The notes: generated by a model from the letters alone, not told the origin. Shown: positions 9,897 to 23,373, numbered from the stretch's first letter. The stretch: 32,759 nucleotides of DNA from Nemertoderma westbladi (GCA_032718475.1 JAUCBJ010001148.1:1-32759), one strand, 5' to 3'. Numbers and translations: made by a program.

Positions 9897-11933
9897 ACTA
9901 GGTTAATAGGTTACTGGAGGAAGAAATTAAAATCCTTTATTTTAATGATTATGTATGTATTTTATTGACTATTTAAATATAGCGCATCACGATAGGGTTA
10001 TCATAATAAAATAATTGTATATGTAAAAGAGTTTTCAAAAGAGACAAATATAAACACGTAAGAAAATATATTGAAATAAATAAATTGTAAAAAAGTATAT
10101 TTATATACGTAAGTAAGTAGGTGAAGTCGAAATACAGGTAGAGGTAATTATGGTATAAATTAAAATATGGTAACGGCAGATTGTTGATTCGATAGTTATG
10201 TACTGTACAATCGCATATAGGTAGGTGTAGGAGGTCTTTAATAAAATAAATAAATGACGATTCGCGAGTCACTAACACAAAGTCATATTAATATATAAAG
10301 TACTTTAAACAAAATAAATTTATAATAATATGGCACTATTTTACTGTACATATTATTGTAGGACAACAGTTATAGTTACGGACATAAGTTATGGTTTAAC
10401 TTTGTTGTTTGTAATTTTGCTTCCTGAGATGAAGTATAGTTTAGAGATGTTGATTGAGGTGTCGGGTTTGGTAAAAGTTCGGGCACACGGGCAGAGCTGT
10501 GAGGTTGTCAGGACCTACAGTATACATAAGAATGGGGATAGGACACAGACGTACTGGGAGCTTTTACTATACTACTACAGGTACTATAACCAGACTGCTG
10601 CTTTGCAGCTGCACATTGAGATGCTTTCCTGGCTTAACAAAAATATTTTTGCCACCACTGTGTTTATCTACAATAATTGGTAAGAAAATTACCCGTGACG
10701 GGAAAAGGTTTATATAAAATCTGTAAAATCATGTACATGTGTGTGTCTACACCTAATGATTTGTGTTTAAGCGAACTTGGGTCTAAACCTGTAGCCGAGA
10801 TAGAAGTACGTGCTCAAAAGAATTTCATGAATAAATACGCAGCTGTATCTGATAACTCGCTGCCAATTAAACAAACAACGGTTTTCTTAATGGCCCTGCG
10901 TTTTCCAACACCGCATGGAGAAGAACTGGACAGAAAAACCGTCACGTCATCACAAGAACCACCTCACATGGTTTTCATCACAAGCTTTGCACCAACACTC
11001 GCCCTTTCCATGACCGCTCCGTCTCTTGTGTTTGCAAATTCTGTAACCTAAGTTGCGAAGACAAGTACCACGTGCTATCATGCTCCTCATCCCCATCTCT
11101 CTCCGCACTAGCAAACGAATAATTTAACTTTGTAAACCTTTATATTTTTCATAATCTATCCCACACTCAATTTTACTGAAAATTTTTATATAATAAAATA
11201 TATATTTTATATTATTTTATATTATGTTGGTTGAGAATAAACTGTTTTTATTATTTGTGCTTTTAATGATATGTTATATATTAAATTAATTGAGACTCTT
11301 AGATTACTGTACCATAAATACTGATAGATACTATTTCCTGTATTATACTCGTATAATTTGTGCACTGTATGTAAATTTATTCCATATATTCACTGTTGAT
11401 TCTACCCTGACAAATTGAGCTAATATATTTGCCCCGCACGGGGGCGTATCTTTCTTTAAAAAAAAATTAAACAAACTTTCGCTTTGTGTAATATACATAG
11501 TTCTAATGGTTTCGAAATACTGAATAAGGCCATGCGACATGATTTAGTGCAATAGATATTAATTCTGTTAAATTACGTGTTTTAAATAAGCCTCGACATA
11601 GAACCAAGTTTCATATTTATAAAAGTAAAATGAACAGTAATTTATCAACACGTGGGATATATAGGTACAAACTTACTTTACCGGACTATAAAAGGAAGTA
11701 GTTTACAAGAATTCGATAATTTCACATAACTTAAGAAGCGAAAGGGGTCGGTGGAGCCGAACCCCACCAGAAGGCCGTTTTTGTAGCAGAGATAATTGTT
11801 CCATACAGGATGTAGAACATGTTTTATTGACGTGCAGCCTTACATATAGGTTACCATACTCGTCGAACATGGTTATGTTGGTTTGTCATCTGTTAGCGAT
11901 TTATTTATTAACGAAACTAATTTGAATAAGCCG

Positions 11934-13111
11934 TGTAAAGGCTTTTGCGGATTTAGCTGGTTATTTTCCCCGCAAAGTACTCTTTAGGTGTTTTAGCGGA
12001 CATAAAAAGCCGTTTCCTTACTGTACAGGTGTTTTAGTGGACATAAAAAGCCATTTCTTCTGTATGTGTACTTTAGCGGACATAACTAGCAATTTTATGC
12101 CGCAATGCACCAAAATACTCTTAATACAGTGTAGTCCAGATGACAACATCTATCAGCTGAGATGTCGACGTGTAGCTTTTGGCTTTCTTTGTTCGGCTCG
12201 ACCAATCAGAGCGGTTTTCACTCTGTGTTGGACAGTGCATACAGAAACTCACGCAATTCAGTCAGTGTGTATTTTTCCTAAGCCTAGAACACCGGCTGTG
12301 GAATTATTCTGTGTTTCAGACTTTAGCCAAACATTAGAACGGCTTTGATCATAGAAACGTATAACTGTTATCGCACCTCATATCACAAACCGAACTGGTC
12401 AGACTCAAATGCTATACATACCTTTCACCGCATTGTTTTACTGCTATTTACTGTCGGTTATTAATTGTATCAGTTGATGGAATATTGTTATATTTGGAGA
12501 ATATCGATAAATAACCATAAAACCCCAATCTTCTTGATATACTGAAGGTTAGATAGACCGGTTACATATAGCAATTGCGACTTACATTATAGTGGTTTTG
12601 GAGTGAATTGAATGCTATTTCATAGGCCCTACATGTGTCGGTTGCTGTTCTCCTTATATATGATTAAAATTAGTGAAGGTCGGCAGATCGGTGTGCAGCA
12701 TTGTGCGGTAGTGTGCATGAGTGTGATAGATAACAAAGCATCTCCTAAAGAATGTGCTTTATACGTGAATCATTAGCCATCCCGTTGTGTTTAGTGTAAG
12801 TCATAACTCTGTTTACATACTTAGAGCGCCACGTCCTAAAGGAACTGTTAATATTTCCCGAAAGTGAATAATATTTGTCAGAGATTATATATTAACGATC
12901 AGTCGAATAATACAGTAGGCCTACACCGCAATAAGGTCAGAGCATCCGAATCCAGTCTCCCTTAACCGTGGGTGAATGGTCGCGCATAGGCTGGCTTCGG
13001 CTAATGTAGTTTATGTGTATCAAATACTTGTCATAGGCTAAAGTCGATTTATAACCTAGAAGACACCTAAATTTGGCAGGTTAAACTGCTAAAGGTCTAA
13101 AAGCATGAACA
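11934..13111 (+). repeat. 5' LTR (1178 bp)
   Basis: TGTAAAGGC...GAACA; about 12 substitutions versus the 3' LTR by eye (~1%). Confidence 0.95.
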
Positions 13112-14727
13112 ATAACAGTTATATTTTCTGATTGCAGTGTAGGCAATAAATACAGTTTACTATTGTTCTGGTAAGAACAATAACAGTTATTGCTTCTTTA
13201 TTGCAAAGTAGGCAATAAAGGTAAAAGTACCGGTCGACCGGTAACCAGTAGGCCTAACTACCTAACCACCCGAACCGGTACTTACAGCAGTACAGGTACA
13301 TCAGTATTATTTCGATTGTGATATATTGTATATTGTAGGCTGTTAGGGGATTAGGGATTGATCACCCCTTATTCCTTTGTATGGTCTACTTATTTCTGTC
13401 AGTTTTATTTATTTGTAGGTTAATATTGAACAGAAGGCGTGTAAGCCTGCTCAGATTGTACAGGTAATTTGTAGGCTGGACTGTTGTCTGACTGTTGTTA
13501 AGTCTGAAGAGATTGCAGTGTATGTAGAGTGTATGTCCGATAAAGTACTAGTTAGGAATGTGGGGGCTTCCAGTACTGTAAGGTAAATCCCCCCCCCCCC
13601 CCCCCCCCCGAAAGAATAAGTCGTACTACTCGGTTAGAACGCATACTAACTAACCATTTCGGAGTCTGCATATACTGTAGTTTATTTAGGCTTGATCAGT
13701 TGATAGTAGTCTGCCAGCGTTTGGTCTGTATTTTGTTTGTGTAGTCTGTACGGGTATTGTAATATTTATTATTCAGAGTTTATGCGATTATTCGCAACAT
13801 TCACAAACCCCAAGTTTATTCCTACAGTAATTGTGCTTGTTATACATACCGTTATAGTTAAATTAACCCCGGTACTACATCAGGGCTGTTTGGCGTAGGT
13901 AAAGACTGGAGATTTTATGCTTTGGTCACTCCGGCAGATACCGTGGTTCTTTTAGCTGTACAAGTATTTTTAACTGCTGGTTATTTGTTGTATAAGTACT
14001 TGTACCTAATTTAGGGTTTAGTGTACAGTGCTTTCCGAAAGTAATTAGTTTGTAGGCAGTATATTTGTGTTGTAAAGTGGTTAATAGGCACGTTAGCTAT
14101 AGTAGGCTGCGGTAATTAACTTCTAGGTAGGAACACTCCTTGTACATAACGTAGTACTTATAGCGCTACGGCTATAAGTCGTCAGACGGTGGTATTTTCC
14201 TATCTGGACAACGCAATATATTTACTACTGCTTTATTATTTTCAAATACCATAGTATCCTGTCCGTTTGTAATAACCAGATATTCTAACTCCTTGTTAGG
14301 CTGGTTTGTAGATTTCTTGTAAAATTAACCCTAAAAATTCGTACGTGTAATTTTTGTGTTTATTTAGAGATTGTAATCTCACCCCGCAATTGTACATAAT
14401 TTGTAGCAATAAGTAACTTAGGCAAGTAGAATTATTTGTTTTAGTGTCCAAAACAATAAGTAGCACTTCACTGAGAGCGTACAGCTTCTGTGTAGTGACT
14501 CCTTCCCAGAAATAATAACATTTATTTCAAACATTGACAAAAACCCATTAAACGGGTATATATATTATAAATCAACTCAAACCGATTTATAAAATAGTAG
14601 GCCTGTCATACCACAATCAGGTCTTAATATCAGTTGGACTACTGCTTAAATAACGGTAATAAAGTAAAGTAAAGTAACCAAGTAACCCCTGAAAATTCAG
14701 AAATTCAATTATTCTAAAATAATTGAC

Positions 14728-14990
14728 ATACCGGTATTTACAATAGGCTTATTATATATTTCTATCTATTTGTGCTGAAATTATATACCGGTATTCTGTG
14801 ACAATTCTAGTCTATAATTATAATTATACTTATATTTATATATACTATAAGTGTATGCTGTATACCGGTATTCCCGATAGGCTTATTATATATTTTTATA
14901 TTTATGCTGAAATTATATACCGGTATTCTGTGACAAACCTAGTCTGTAATAATACTTATATATATACGATAAGTGTATACCGGTATTCTA
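14728..14990. repeat. ~134-bp tandem duplication in the retroelement leader with five ATACCGGTAT palindromes
   Basis: Palindromes at 14728, 14785, 14862, 14917 and 14977. Confidence 0.85.
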
Positions 14991-15127
14991 ATATATTGTG
15001 TATATATATCACGTTACACTGAGTAATGATATCGGTAATTAATTACTAGGCTTATAGTTGATACTGAATTACTAGACTTGCTTTAACTGTAGTTCTAGCA
15101 GTAGGCATTCAACTGTATAATTAAATC

Positions 15128-18100
15128 ATGTCTGACACAACCCAATAACTGTCAGATAGTCTCTTAGAAAGTGTTAGAATGACTGTTAGACAGTGTCTTA
15201 AAAAGATCTGTGACCCAGATCAAAGTATAGAACATCCCAGACCAAAGTCCAAGTCTCCTCCTACTGTAAGAAAGGTCATCCCTACAGTAGTAGTGTCAGA
15301 CCCTAGGCTAGTAGAACACCGTAGGTCTATCATAGGCACTCGGGCTCAAGTCAAGCGGGACCAAGAAGCAGCTGTTAAACAGCAGCAACACCCAAGCCGA
15401 GAACTTATTTCTCAGCGGCCCGACAGCTCCATTAGTTCGGATACTGTAGAACTGACACCCGAGCGCGGAGCAAAGATGGCAGATGCAGTTTATTCGGATC
15501 CTCTTCTCAGTCTTCCTGCAGCTGTACTCACTAGGGTATTGATTGCGGTGGAAGAACACCAAATCGATTGGGCGAGAAGTAAGCGATCGACCAAGGACAG
15601 TTATGCGGGATACACAAGGGAGGAACTGAAGTCTATTGTCGAGTCGCAATGGAACTTCCCCGGACCCGGACTCCCGTTTAACTTATCGGAAGCTGCCTGG
15701 GAGGACTTATACAGGATGGGAGTGACAAAAGACACTAATGATCCAGCTGTGTGGAAGAGGTCGGCAGCAGGATATGTACAGGGATTCTTCAGCTCTTTGG
15801 AGCGATTAGAGGAACAACTGTTTCAACAACCCCAAGGACCCCAAGAGCAGGGAGAGCTGCTTTATCAAGTTAGAGAAAGAATTCTAAGATTCAGACTAAT
15901 CCTATCGGCCTTTGAGGAGGCTTCGAAAAGAAGACAAGACACATCATTGCAAGTTGCCATAAAGACTTGGTTTCAGCGGGTGAGTCTCAAGGTTCAAAGA
16001 ACGGCCCAGTGGAAATCTCAGCTGGCTGAGCGCTCAACCCATGGAGAATCAACAGACGCTACCTTTTCTCAAGTGGAAAGCGAAGCGACAGCAGAGAAAC
16101 CACAGAAGAAGGATGCTATTGACATCTATCTGTCAGACTATCAACGATTTATAGGTGACGAAGAGTTGAGGAGACGGCTGGCTGGACTTCGCCCTAATAG
16201 TGAAGGAGCCAAGTTTGTGTTGGACGCATTGGATGCGGAAATGTTAGCTGCGAACCAAGCTAAATTTGATGAACGCCTCCGCATCGCTAGGGTCCAAGAA
16301 GAACAAGTAAAGAAAAAACGTATAGAAGACAGAAAGAAAGCAGCAGCGGCAGTGGCAGCGGCAGCGGCAGAAGCGGAAAGAAAAGCGGTAGAAGCGGAAA
16401 GAAAAGCGGCAGCGGCAGAAGCGGAAAGAAAAGCGGCAGAAGCGGAAAGAAAGATAGCAGTGGCAGAAGCAGAACGGAGAGCATCTGAAGAGACCACCCA
16501 ACTAGAGTTGGAAAATCTTGAGGAGAAGCAAGATTACATAAACAAACAGTTAACAGCTAGTCAAATGCGGATGATAAGTCGATATACTCCCAAAAGACAG
16601 GGATTTACATCATCTGATGAAGGCGATACCACCGATCCTGAAGGCGGAGGAAATAGATCTCGTCTAAGTAGGCGTAGAAGAACGCCCCACCGTCAGAAAT
16701 TGCCTAATTTGCCCCCAGCTGTGAGAAGGCAACTAGCTAGCACAGACTTAAGTAGTACAGAACCCACAGACCAAATTATTCGAATAGAAAGACTCCCTAC
16801 TATAGTAGATGAGCCTGAAATAATTAGGCCTGTTCTCGAAGCCACCCCTTCGGTGATAGAGACACCTGTACTCCCAGAACCTACCTCTAAATTCCCTCTG
16901 CACAGCACTAAACTACCTGTGCCCAACAGAACCGCCCCTGAGACAGTTCCTGTCCTGGACTCCGAGCGAAATATCAACGATTTGTCGCCCGTTGTCCCTC
17001 GTCTACCCGCTACTATGTTGGCGGCTCCCGCTTCGGCGGTAGAGTGGGTGGATGAGGGACGGCGGGAGATGGGTCTCCTGCTCGGGCAGCTGAGGGAACA
17101 CCGTTTGTGTTCCTCTCAGCAGGTCTGGGAGATGGAAGGGACTGTTCAGCAGTTAAAGGGAACAGTCAGAGAGGGTAGGTTAGAGTTGCAAGAAGTGCAG
17201 CAGAGTATCGCGTTAGAACGCGATAAATTAGTAAATATACAAAAGGGTATACCACCACCCCCTGTAACAATGTGTCAACCTGTTAGGTCTGAAGTATTTC
17301 ATGCGCAAGGTGTGGAGCCTACACGCATCTATACTGCTAGTGAAGTAGAAACTCCTATAGTAAACCCTATTAAGGGTAATTATAAACCTGTTGACAATGA
17401 TATTCCATATAGACCTGATCATAATCCGAGAAATTTATATACCGATAACTCGATATTAAATAACACGATGGCCCAAGAAAGTTTTACGCGTCAAATGGCT
17501 AGAACCGAAGCCCGTCAAGCGGTAAAGGTGGGAGAGATCGTCAAGTTCAATGGAGATGAGATGAAATGGTTACCTTTTAATGAATATTATAAAGATAACA
17601 TACAGAACTCTGTGCTACCTAACGGAGAGAAACTTCGATTCCTCATCGAGTGCTTGGAAGGATCTCCCAAGTTAATGGTGTTAAAGTTTATTGGACATCC
17701 AGATGGATTAAGACAAGTTTGGGATACACTAAACATCAGGTATGGTAATAGGACTAACATAGCTAGGTATTTATATGCGAAATTAATGGCACCCCGAAAG
17801 TTTCTTAGCAGCGGGATTATAGAGCTTTCCGACGAGATTCAGGAGATCTGTAGACAACTAGATTGGTTAGGTAAGTCTCATGAATACCAGAATTCTATGG
17901 TTGTAGGAGCCTTAGCATCTACTTTGCCCAAGGGTGGAGTAGGTACATGCTGGGACAAGAAAGTGTTATATATGATGGAACAACAACGAAGAGACCCTAC
18001 CATGGCTGATCTCATGTAATTCTTGGATGGAGAGGTAAAATTACAGCTCCTAAAGCAGTCCAGAGAGAAGACACCGGAAAATACGGTAAGTGAGAAACCC

Positions 18101-19918
18101 GTTTCTAGGAGAAAGGTAACACCAGTGTGTTATACCGACGATGGCGAAAGCCAGGCTTCTCAAGAGGAAGACAGCGGGAAAGACACTGAAAGATCTTACT
18201 ATGACAACAAAGCGCCTAAGGACATAAGTAAATTAAAGTCTCGAACCAATGACAGGAGGGAACAGGTAAGAAAAACTCCTCGTACGTCTCCTAAGAGAAT
18301 TCATGGAAGAAAGCCCGAGGAAAGAACGAGTGTGCACAACGTTACTCAAAGTAAGGTAAGTAACATCAAACCAAAATGTGTGATGTGTGACGGGCCCCAC
18401 TGTTTAAGTGTGTGTGATGAATTCCTGAGGAAATCACTAAAGGATAGACGTGAAGTCATGTGGGATAAGCGGTTGTGTTATAATTGCCTCAGACGAGGAC
18501 ACCAACGACGAACCTGTTACTCCGACGCAAGGTGTGCTAAGTGCGGCGCGAAACATCATATCTTGTTGCACACTGAATTCGAAAGAAACAGCCCGAGTCA
18601 GGTAAGTGAGTCCGAACTACATGTCCAATTCAGTGATATGAACGACACTGACCAAAGTTCTGAGATGGAAGGATTCTATACGGATGAATTCTCCGACAAA
18701 AACGAATCCTGTTACTTAATAAACACCTCAGTGTATCGAGCACTTACGTATGAGACTGAAACCGATAGCGAACTCCCCTTAACTATTCCGGACCGACAAC
18801 CATCTTGGAAAGCGCCAACTTCCAACGTAGGAATCCGGGAATTTCCCGTAGTGCAGTTGAGAGTCCACGGGTTAAAAAAGAACTATGTAATGAACGCCCC
18901 CCTTGACTCCGGCAGCACAGGAACATTCATCGACAAAGAACTAGCCAAAGACATCTTTGATGGACAACCCAAGTTCCGAACTAAGTTGAACCTTGCAGGA
19001 ATTATGCAGGTTTGGAAATCTACAGTAGCTACAGACTACTATGCAGGCGCGTTGTCCACCCCCCAGGATGAACTAGGAGAACACAGTATAAGGTCAGTAA
19101 AAATGGTGGCGATAAAGAACTTCGCTACCAGCCAAGTGGAACCTTATAACTGGGATGAGGACTATTTCACCCAGCAGCATAAGATACCTAGATTCAACAC
19201 AGACTACCCTGAAGTGCAAATACTCATCGGACAAAATGCGCATGAGGCGCTTGAGACATTGGAGAAACGGCCTGCTCAACCGCAACCACTGCAAACCTAT
19301 GCGGGAAGAACAAGAGTAGGTTGGTACCTCACTGGACCTTCCCGTAGGACACTCTTGGAAAGGCTACCCAAAGATCGGGTCCATCAGGAGAGTGAATGGG
19401 AAGAAGACATCAGTGAGGGAGACGACCCAACTGAGGGAACACCATACTCCTCAGATAATGACGATATTAACTCCAATGTAGATCAATGGAGACATTGCCC
19501 CGAGACAATTAATCTAGCCAACATCGCTTCCAGAGGAGCAACTCCTCAAGAACTGACAGATACTCCAGACTGGTTAGGTGGACCCGACTTCCTAAGTAAA
19601 GAAGGTGAATGGCCTCCCCATCTTACCACGGCTGAGATTAGACAAGCCAAGGGAGCGGAGAAAGTCAAACCTAAAACCCGGACGAGTAAATCAAGGTTAT
19701 TTAAACCTGTGATAGATCTGTCTGTACTACACATTGCCAGGGACGACACTGTGGATCTAAACTCCCCCACCGCGAACAGATCTGTTGTGGAGATCAGAGA
19801 GAGAGAGACTGGAGATCTGGAACACCAGACGTCTCGCAGGGACCCTCACCTCTCCTGCCGGGAGCGATGGACCACTATAGCTCCTGGAATCGGCTTTGTA
19901 AGGCCGTCGTGTATTTGA
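15128..19918 (+). pseudogene. BEL/Pao gag-protease-(deleted pol) polyprotein, one frame with in-frame stops at 15146 and 18017
   Basis: ORFs 15179..18019 and 18023..19918 share a frame (MADLM*FLDG). DUF1759-like FNGD..W..EKLRFL..L..RYGN; three Zn knuckles (CVMCDGPH, CYNCLRRGH, CAKCGAKHH); protease LDSGS, ILIG and GWYLTG; RNase H tail QWRH..N.A.IASRG..W.GGPDFL..WP; no YxDD or integrase core seen. Confidence 0.9.
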
Positions 19919-21821
19919 AGCAATGTTTCTATCGTCACTATTCCAGGACGAAGAGGAAACCTGGAATTGTCTTCGAGACACAGCAGCTCAATCGCCCAGT
20001 TGGTCGTTTATGATTACTGGAAAGAGACAGAGAACTCTCCGGAAACTATGGAAGGCAAGATACTCTTCCCACGACCACCTCCCTAATCCAACCAACATCT
20101 AGGGACTCCCCAACGTAACAGCGTCTGGAGTGGGTGTGTGACTATATTATTTTATGTTTGTTCTTATTATTTTATATTTATGTATGTATTATTATGTAAT
20201 TTTATTATAATCGTTTTCTTTAATTTTATTTAGTAGAGTGTTGTTTTGGCGATTGTTTGGTGGATTAGTGCAGTGTGTATTGGTGTTTATTGGTTACTTA
20301 CTTATATTATATTATATATTAAGTGTGACGGCGAGAAATTATTATTTTCTCTTACCTTACTGTCCGTATCATATTATAAATACGTGACTACAGTAAGATG
20401 AAATGTCCGTACTTATTAAAGTACAATAAAGCTCCTACTATATTCAAGTATTATTGGTAAGTAGAGTATTAGGAATGCAAAATTCAGATCCTCGTGTCTC
20501 GGCTAGACCAAGCTCTGGGTAGACCTTGGAAACGACTTGCCTCTTCTCACTGACATTGCTTCTTGCGATATTGCTCTCATGCCGTATATTAAATAGTACA
20601 TATAGTAGCGTGATGTCCCTTTAACAGTAGCGTACAACGCAAAATAAATCTGTTAAACCCTTTGACCATCTGTAATTCTAGTCGATTAAGATATCGCAGC
20701 AGCCACCGATATACTTGAAAGACAAAATTCTAGAATCAGTGGTTAATGTCCCCAGACATGTTCTGGAATAAACCGGTGCCCATCTTAAATATTAACTATT
20801 AATATTTATAAAATCTGTCAAACAGATACAATAGAGTAACTACTTACAAGTTAACTCTAGAAAATCTATAAATTAAAATCTGTAAAATTTTGGGATCCTT
20901 TAAAATTCTAGTCTATTAAGATGTCGTAGCACTTACCGATACTCTTAAAAGGACAAATTTCCTAGAATCAAGGATCCTAGTTCCCAGACATGTTCTGGAA
21001 TAAAATTATGTCTATTTAATATTAAATAATAAAATTTACGGGAATAAATTTAAATTCATCTCTTTTAAGGAATTTGATAAATTGTCATTTTATACAATTT
21101 ATAACATTCCCAAAATTCAATTAATTAATAGATCATGGGAGCGGAGATTCACCCTATTAAGTGAATTAGTGTACGAGAATCTCCAATATATAGTCAATAG
21201 CCGATAAAATTCATAAAATCATGTATAAGGGAGATATTGACAATTAAAGAATTACTATTAAATAGCATCCCAGATCTGTATGCATGGGAATTACCCTAAT
21301 TCTACCGCTAGCTTTCCATAATGTCACCATGGCAACAACCACGCTATAATTAGAAGTGAGTTAAAAGAACAATAAAGCGTGCCCCATTGAATAGCATAAG
21401 GAATAATAGCACACTGCTAGTATCCCAGGATACATAATAATAACGTGGCATTCTGGAAGGCACTTGACTAAAGGACAAATGGCCCGAATGTGTGCGGTTT
21501 GTGACAGTTGTGTGGAATTTGTGCGTTTATAGGTGAATGTTACTACTAAAGTGTGTTTACAGTAGCGAGTCGCAATTGTGAAAGTAGCCCTAACTCTGCA
21601 GTAAGAACCTGAAGTAAATCTTAGCCCTTGGGACGGACAGTGGAGTGACTCGCGCTGGTTGTTATTGTCGTTGTGCAGCTACTATGTTGGCGATAGGCAC
21701 AGCGGCGACAGTGCATCAGCGCTGAGGATCTTGCGCTGTCCGGGGGCCGTGAGGGGTAGGCAGCGACGCCCGCTACCCTAATTATAACTAATTATAATAT
21801 TGATAAACTCATATAGCAGCT

Positions 21822-23373
21822 ATGACTGAGTTAATAGAAGATGATCTTGGTATCAGGGAGCAATATACTCTACCGTTGCAAGCGTTTGTGGATAGCTTGA
21901 TACGCGGCGACGCTAGTCCAACTACTACGAAGGACGATGGTCGTTATATCGAAGCGCCGATGTCCCAGGAGCAACTTACGCGTGAATTGGACTATAGAAA
22001 ATTCACCGCTCGCTATACGCATCGTAATGGTATGTATATGGACTTCCTAACTACTGGCCATCCTATCGATTTACACAATACGGACTATGTCGACACCGAA
22101 AGGGAAATGGTACTATTTAAATATCCTACCCAGCGGAGTCGGAAAGATAAACTGAAAATCGAATGCGAAAATTCTATTCGAAATCGACTCGAAAGAGAAG
22201 ATGTTAAAGAACCGGATAAACGCGGTAACTCCAACATATATTTGGAATTCTTGAGAGAAACATTATAAAACCGAATAAATATCACCCGCGTTTCCCCTAC
22301 AAGATGTGCGTCTTTGGTATTATTGCGATGAATGCCCAAGACCCAACCAACAAACGGAAAAACATAAACATCTGCGGAGACGTTGTTCTAAACACAGTTT
22401 TACTCGCTATATTTCCGGGAGTTTTGAGCGAAACTTGTTCGATGTATCACCTATGCTCGCTCGACTCAAACGATCCTTAAATAAACCTATGATCAGAGTT
22501 CCAGAATACTCGGTCAGACCTCCTCACTCCCTAGTGAGACCTCAGACTCTTGATCCTAATAGTATCACGGATCCTCCCGAACTGTACTCACTGTTCAAAG
22601 ATCTAGTGTTACCCGAACAATTACTCGGTGGCACTCCGGTTGTGGGCTCCCTAAATATTCGCCCATCTTACCTAGCCGGATTGGGACGCGGACATCTAAT
22701 ATCGCCATTCAACCGTATCATCGTCCCGGTTTAACCCGATACAACCTGTCACCGAGGCGGAGGAGAGAGTTGTACGAAACGCGTTGGACACTATTCGTCA
22801 AAAGATCAGAAAAGGAACCTACAATTGTTTAGAGAAACGTAAATTGCAGCAACAAGTCCAAGCGGTAAACGAATTAGCTTTATCTCAGTTCGATCAGGAA
22901 ATCCAGAATCTATAAGAAGATATCGAACTTGGATGACTCTACTTTCTGCAAGAGTTTTGGACGAATGCTTTCAATGACAAGCGGAGGAAAATCAGCTCGA
23001 GGAGAAGCATATCGATTCAGATAGAGCCCGAGAACTCGAGTTGAAAAGAATCATCTAACCGAGGAAATTTCTTACTACACACGGTCCACCTACCGCTTTC
23101 GTGCAAACGACCCGTCAGGGACCAATAAGAGCTGCTGTCTTAAAATGCGCTCTCCAGGTTGTTCGACCTCGTTCCACTGAGGTTGATATAGATCAACCAG
23201 GTACCTCGACCGGCGGATACATCGATCGTAATCCTAAATCTTACGATGCAATTGTATTGCACCCTTCACCCAGGAGTTATAGCCCTCCTAGTAAAGTGGC
23301 TCGCCCCAAAGAGAAAAGGACTCTTGCTAGCCTCAAAAAACTGCATAAACGCCGTCCTCGCAAGAAAGACTAA
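21822..23373 (+). pseudogene. Decayed accessory ORF of the BEL element (fragments 21822-22268, 22306-22734, 23101-23373), function unknown
   Basis: Contiguous coding-like stretch broken by stops and frameshifts, just upstream of the PPT; CDEC..HLRRRC..H motif, predicted helical segment, basic C-terminal tail. Confidence 0.55.

Noticed and set aside
9973-10717. ORFs of 72-117 aa
   Set aside because: AT-rich compositional ORFs; MGIGHRRT only faintly resembles integrase and is unsupported.
12037-12348. 103-aa ORF duplicated at 23555..23866
   Set aside because: GTG-start ORF inside the LTRs; the duplication is explained by the LTRs and there is no motif.
18017-18019. Programmed stop readthrough between gag and pol
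   Set aside because: The TAA lies within Gag before the Zn knuckles, and another in-frame stop at 15146 indicates decay; BEL elements normally have one ORF.
15308-19981. Several minus-strand ORFs opposite gag-pro
   Set aside because: Antisense shadows, partly from low-complexity repeats.
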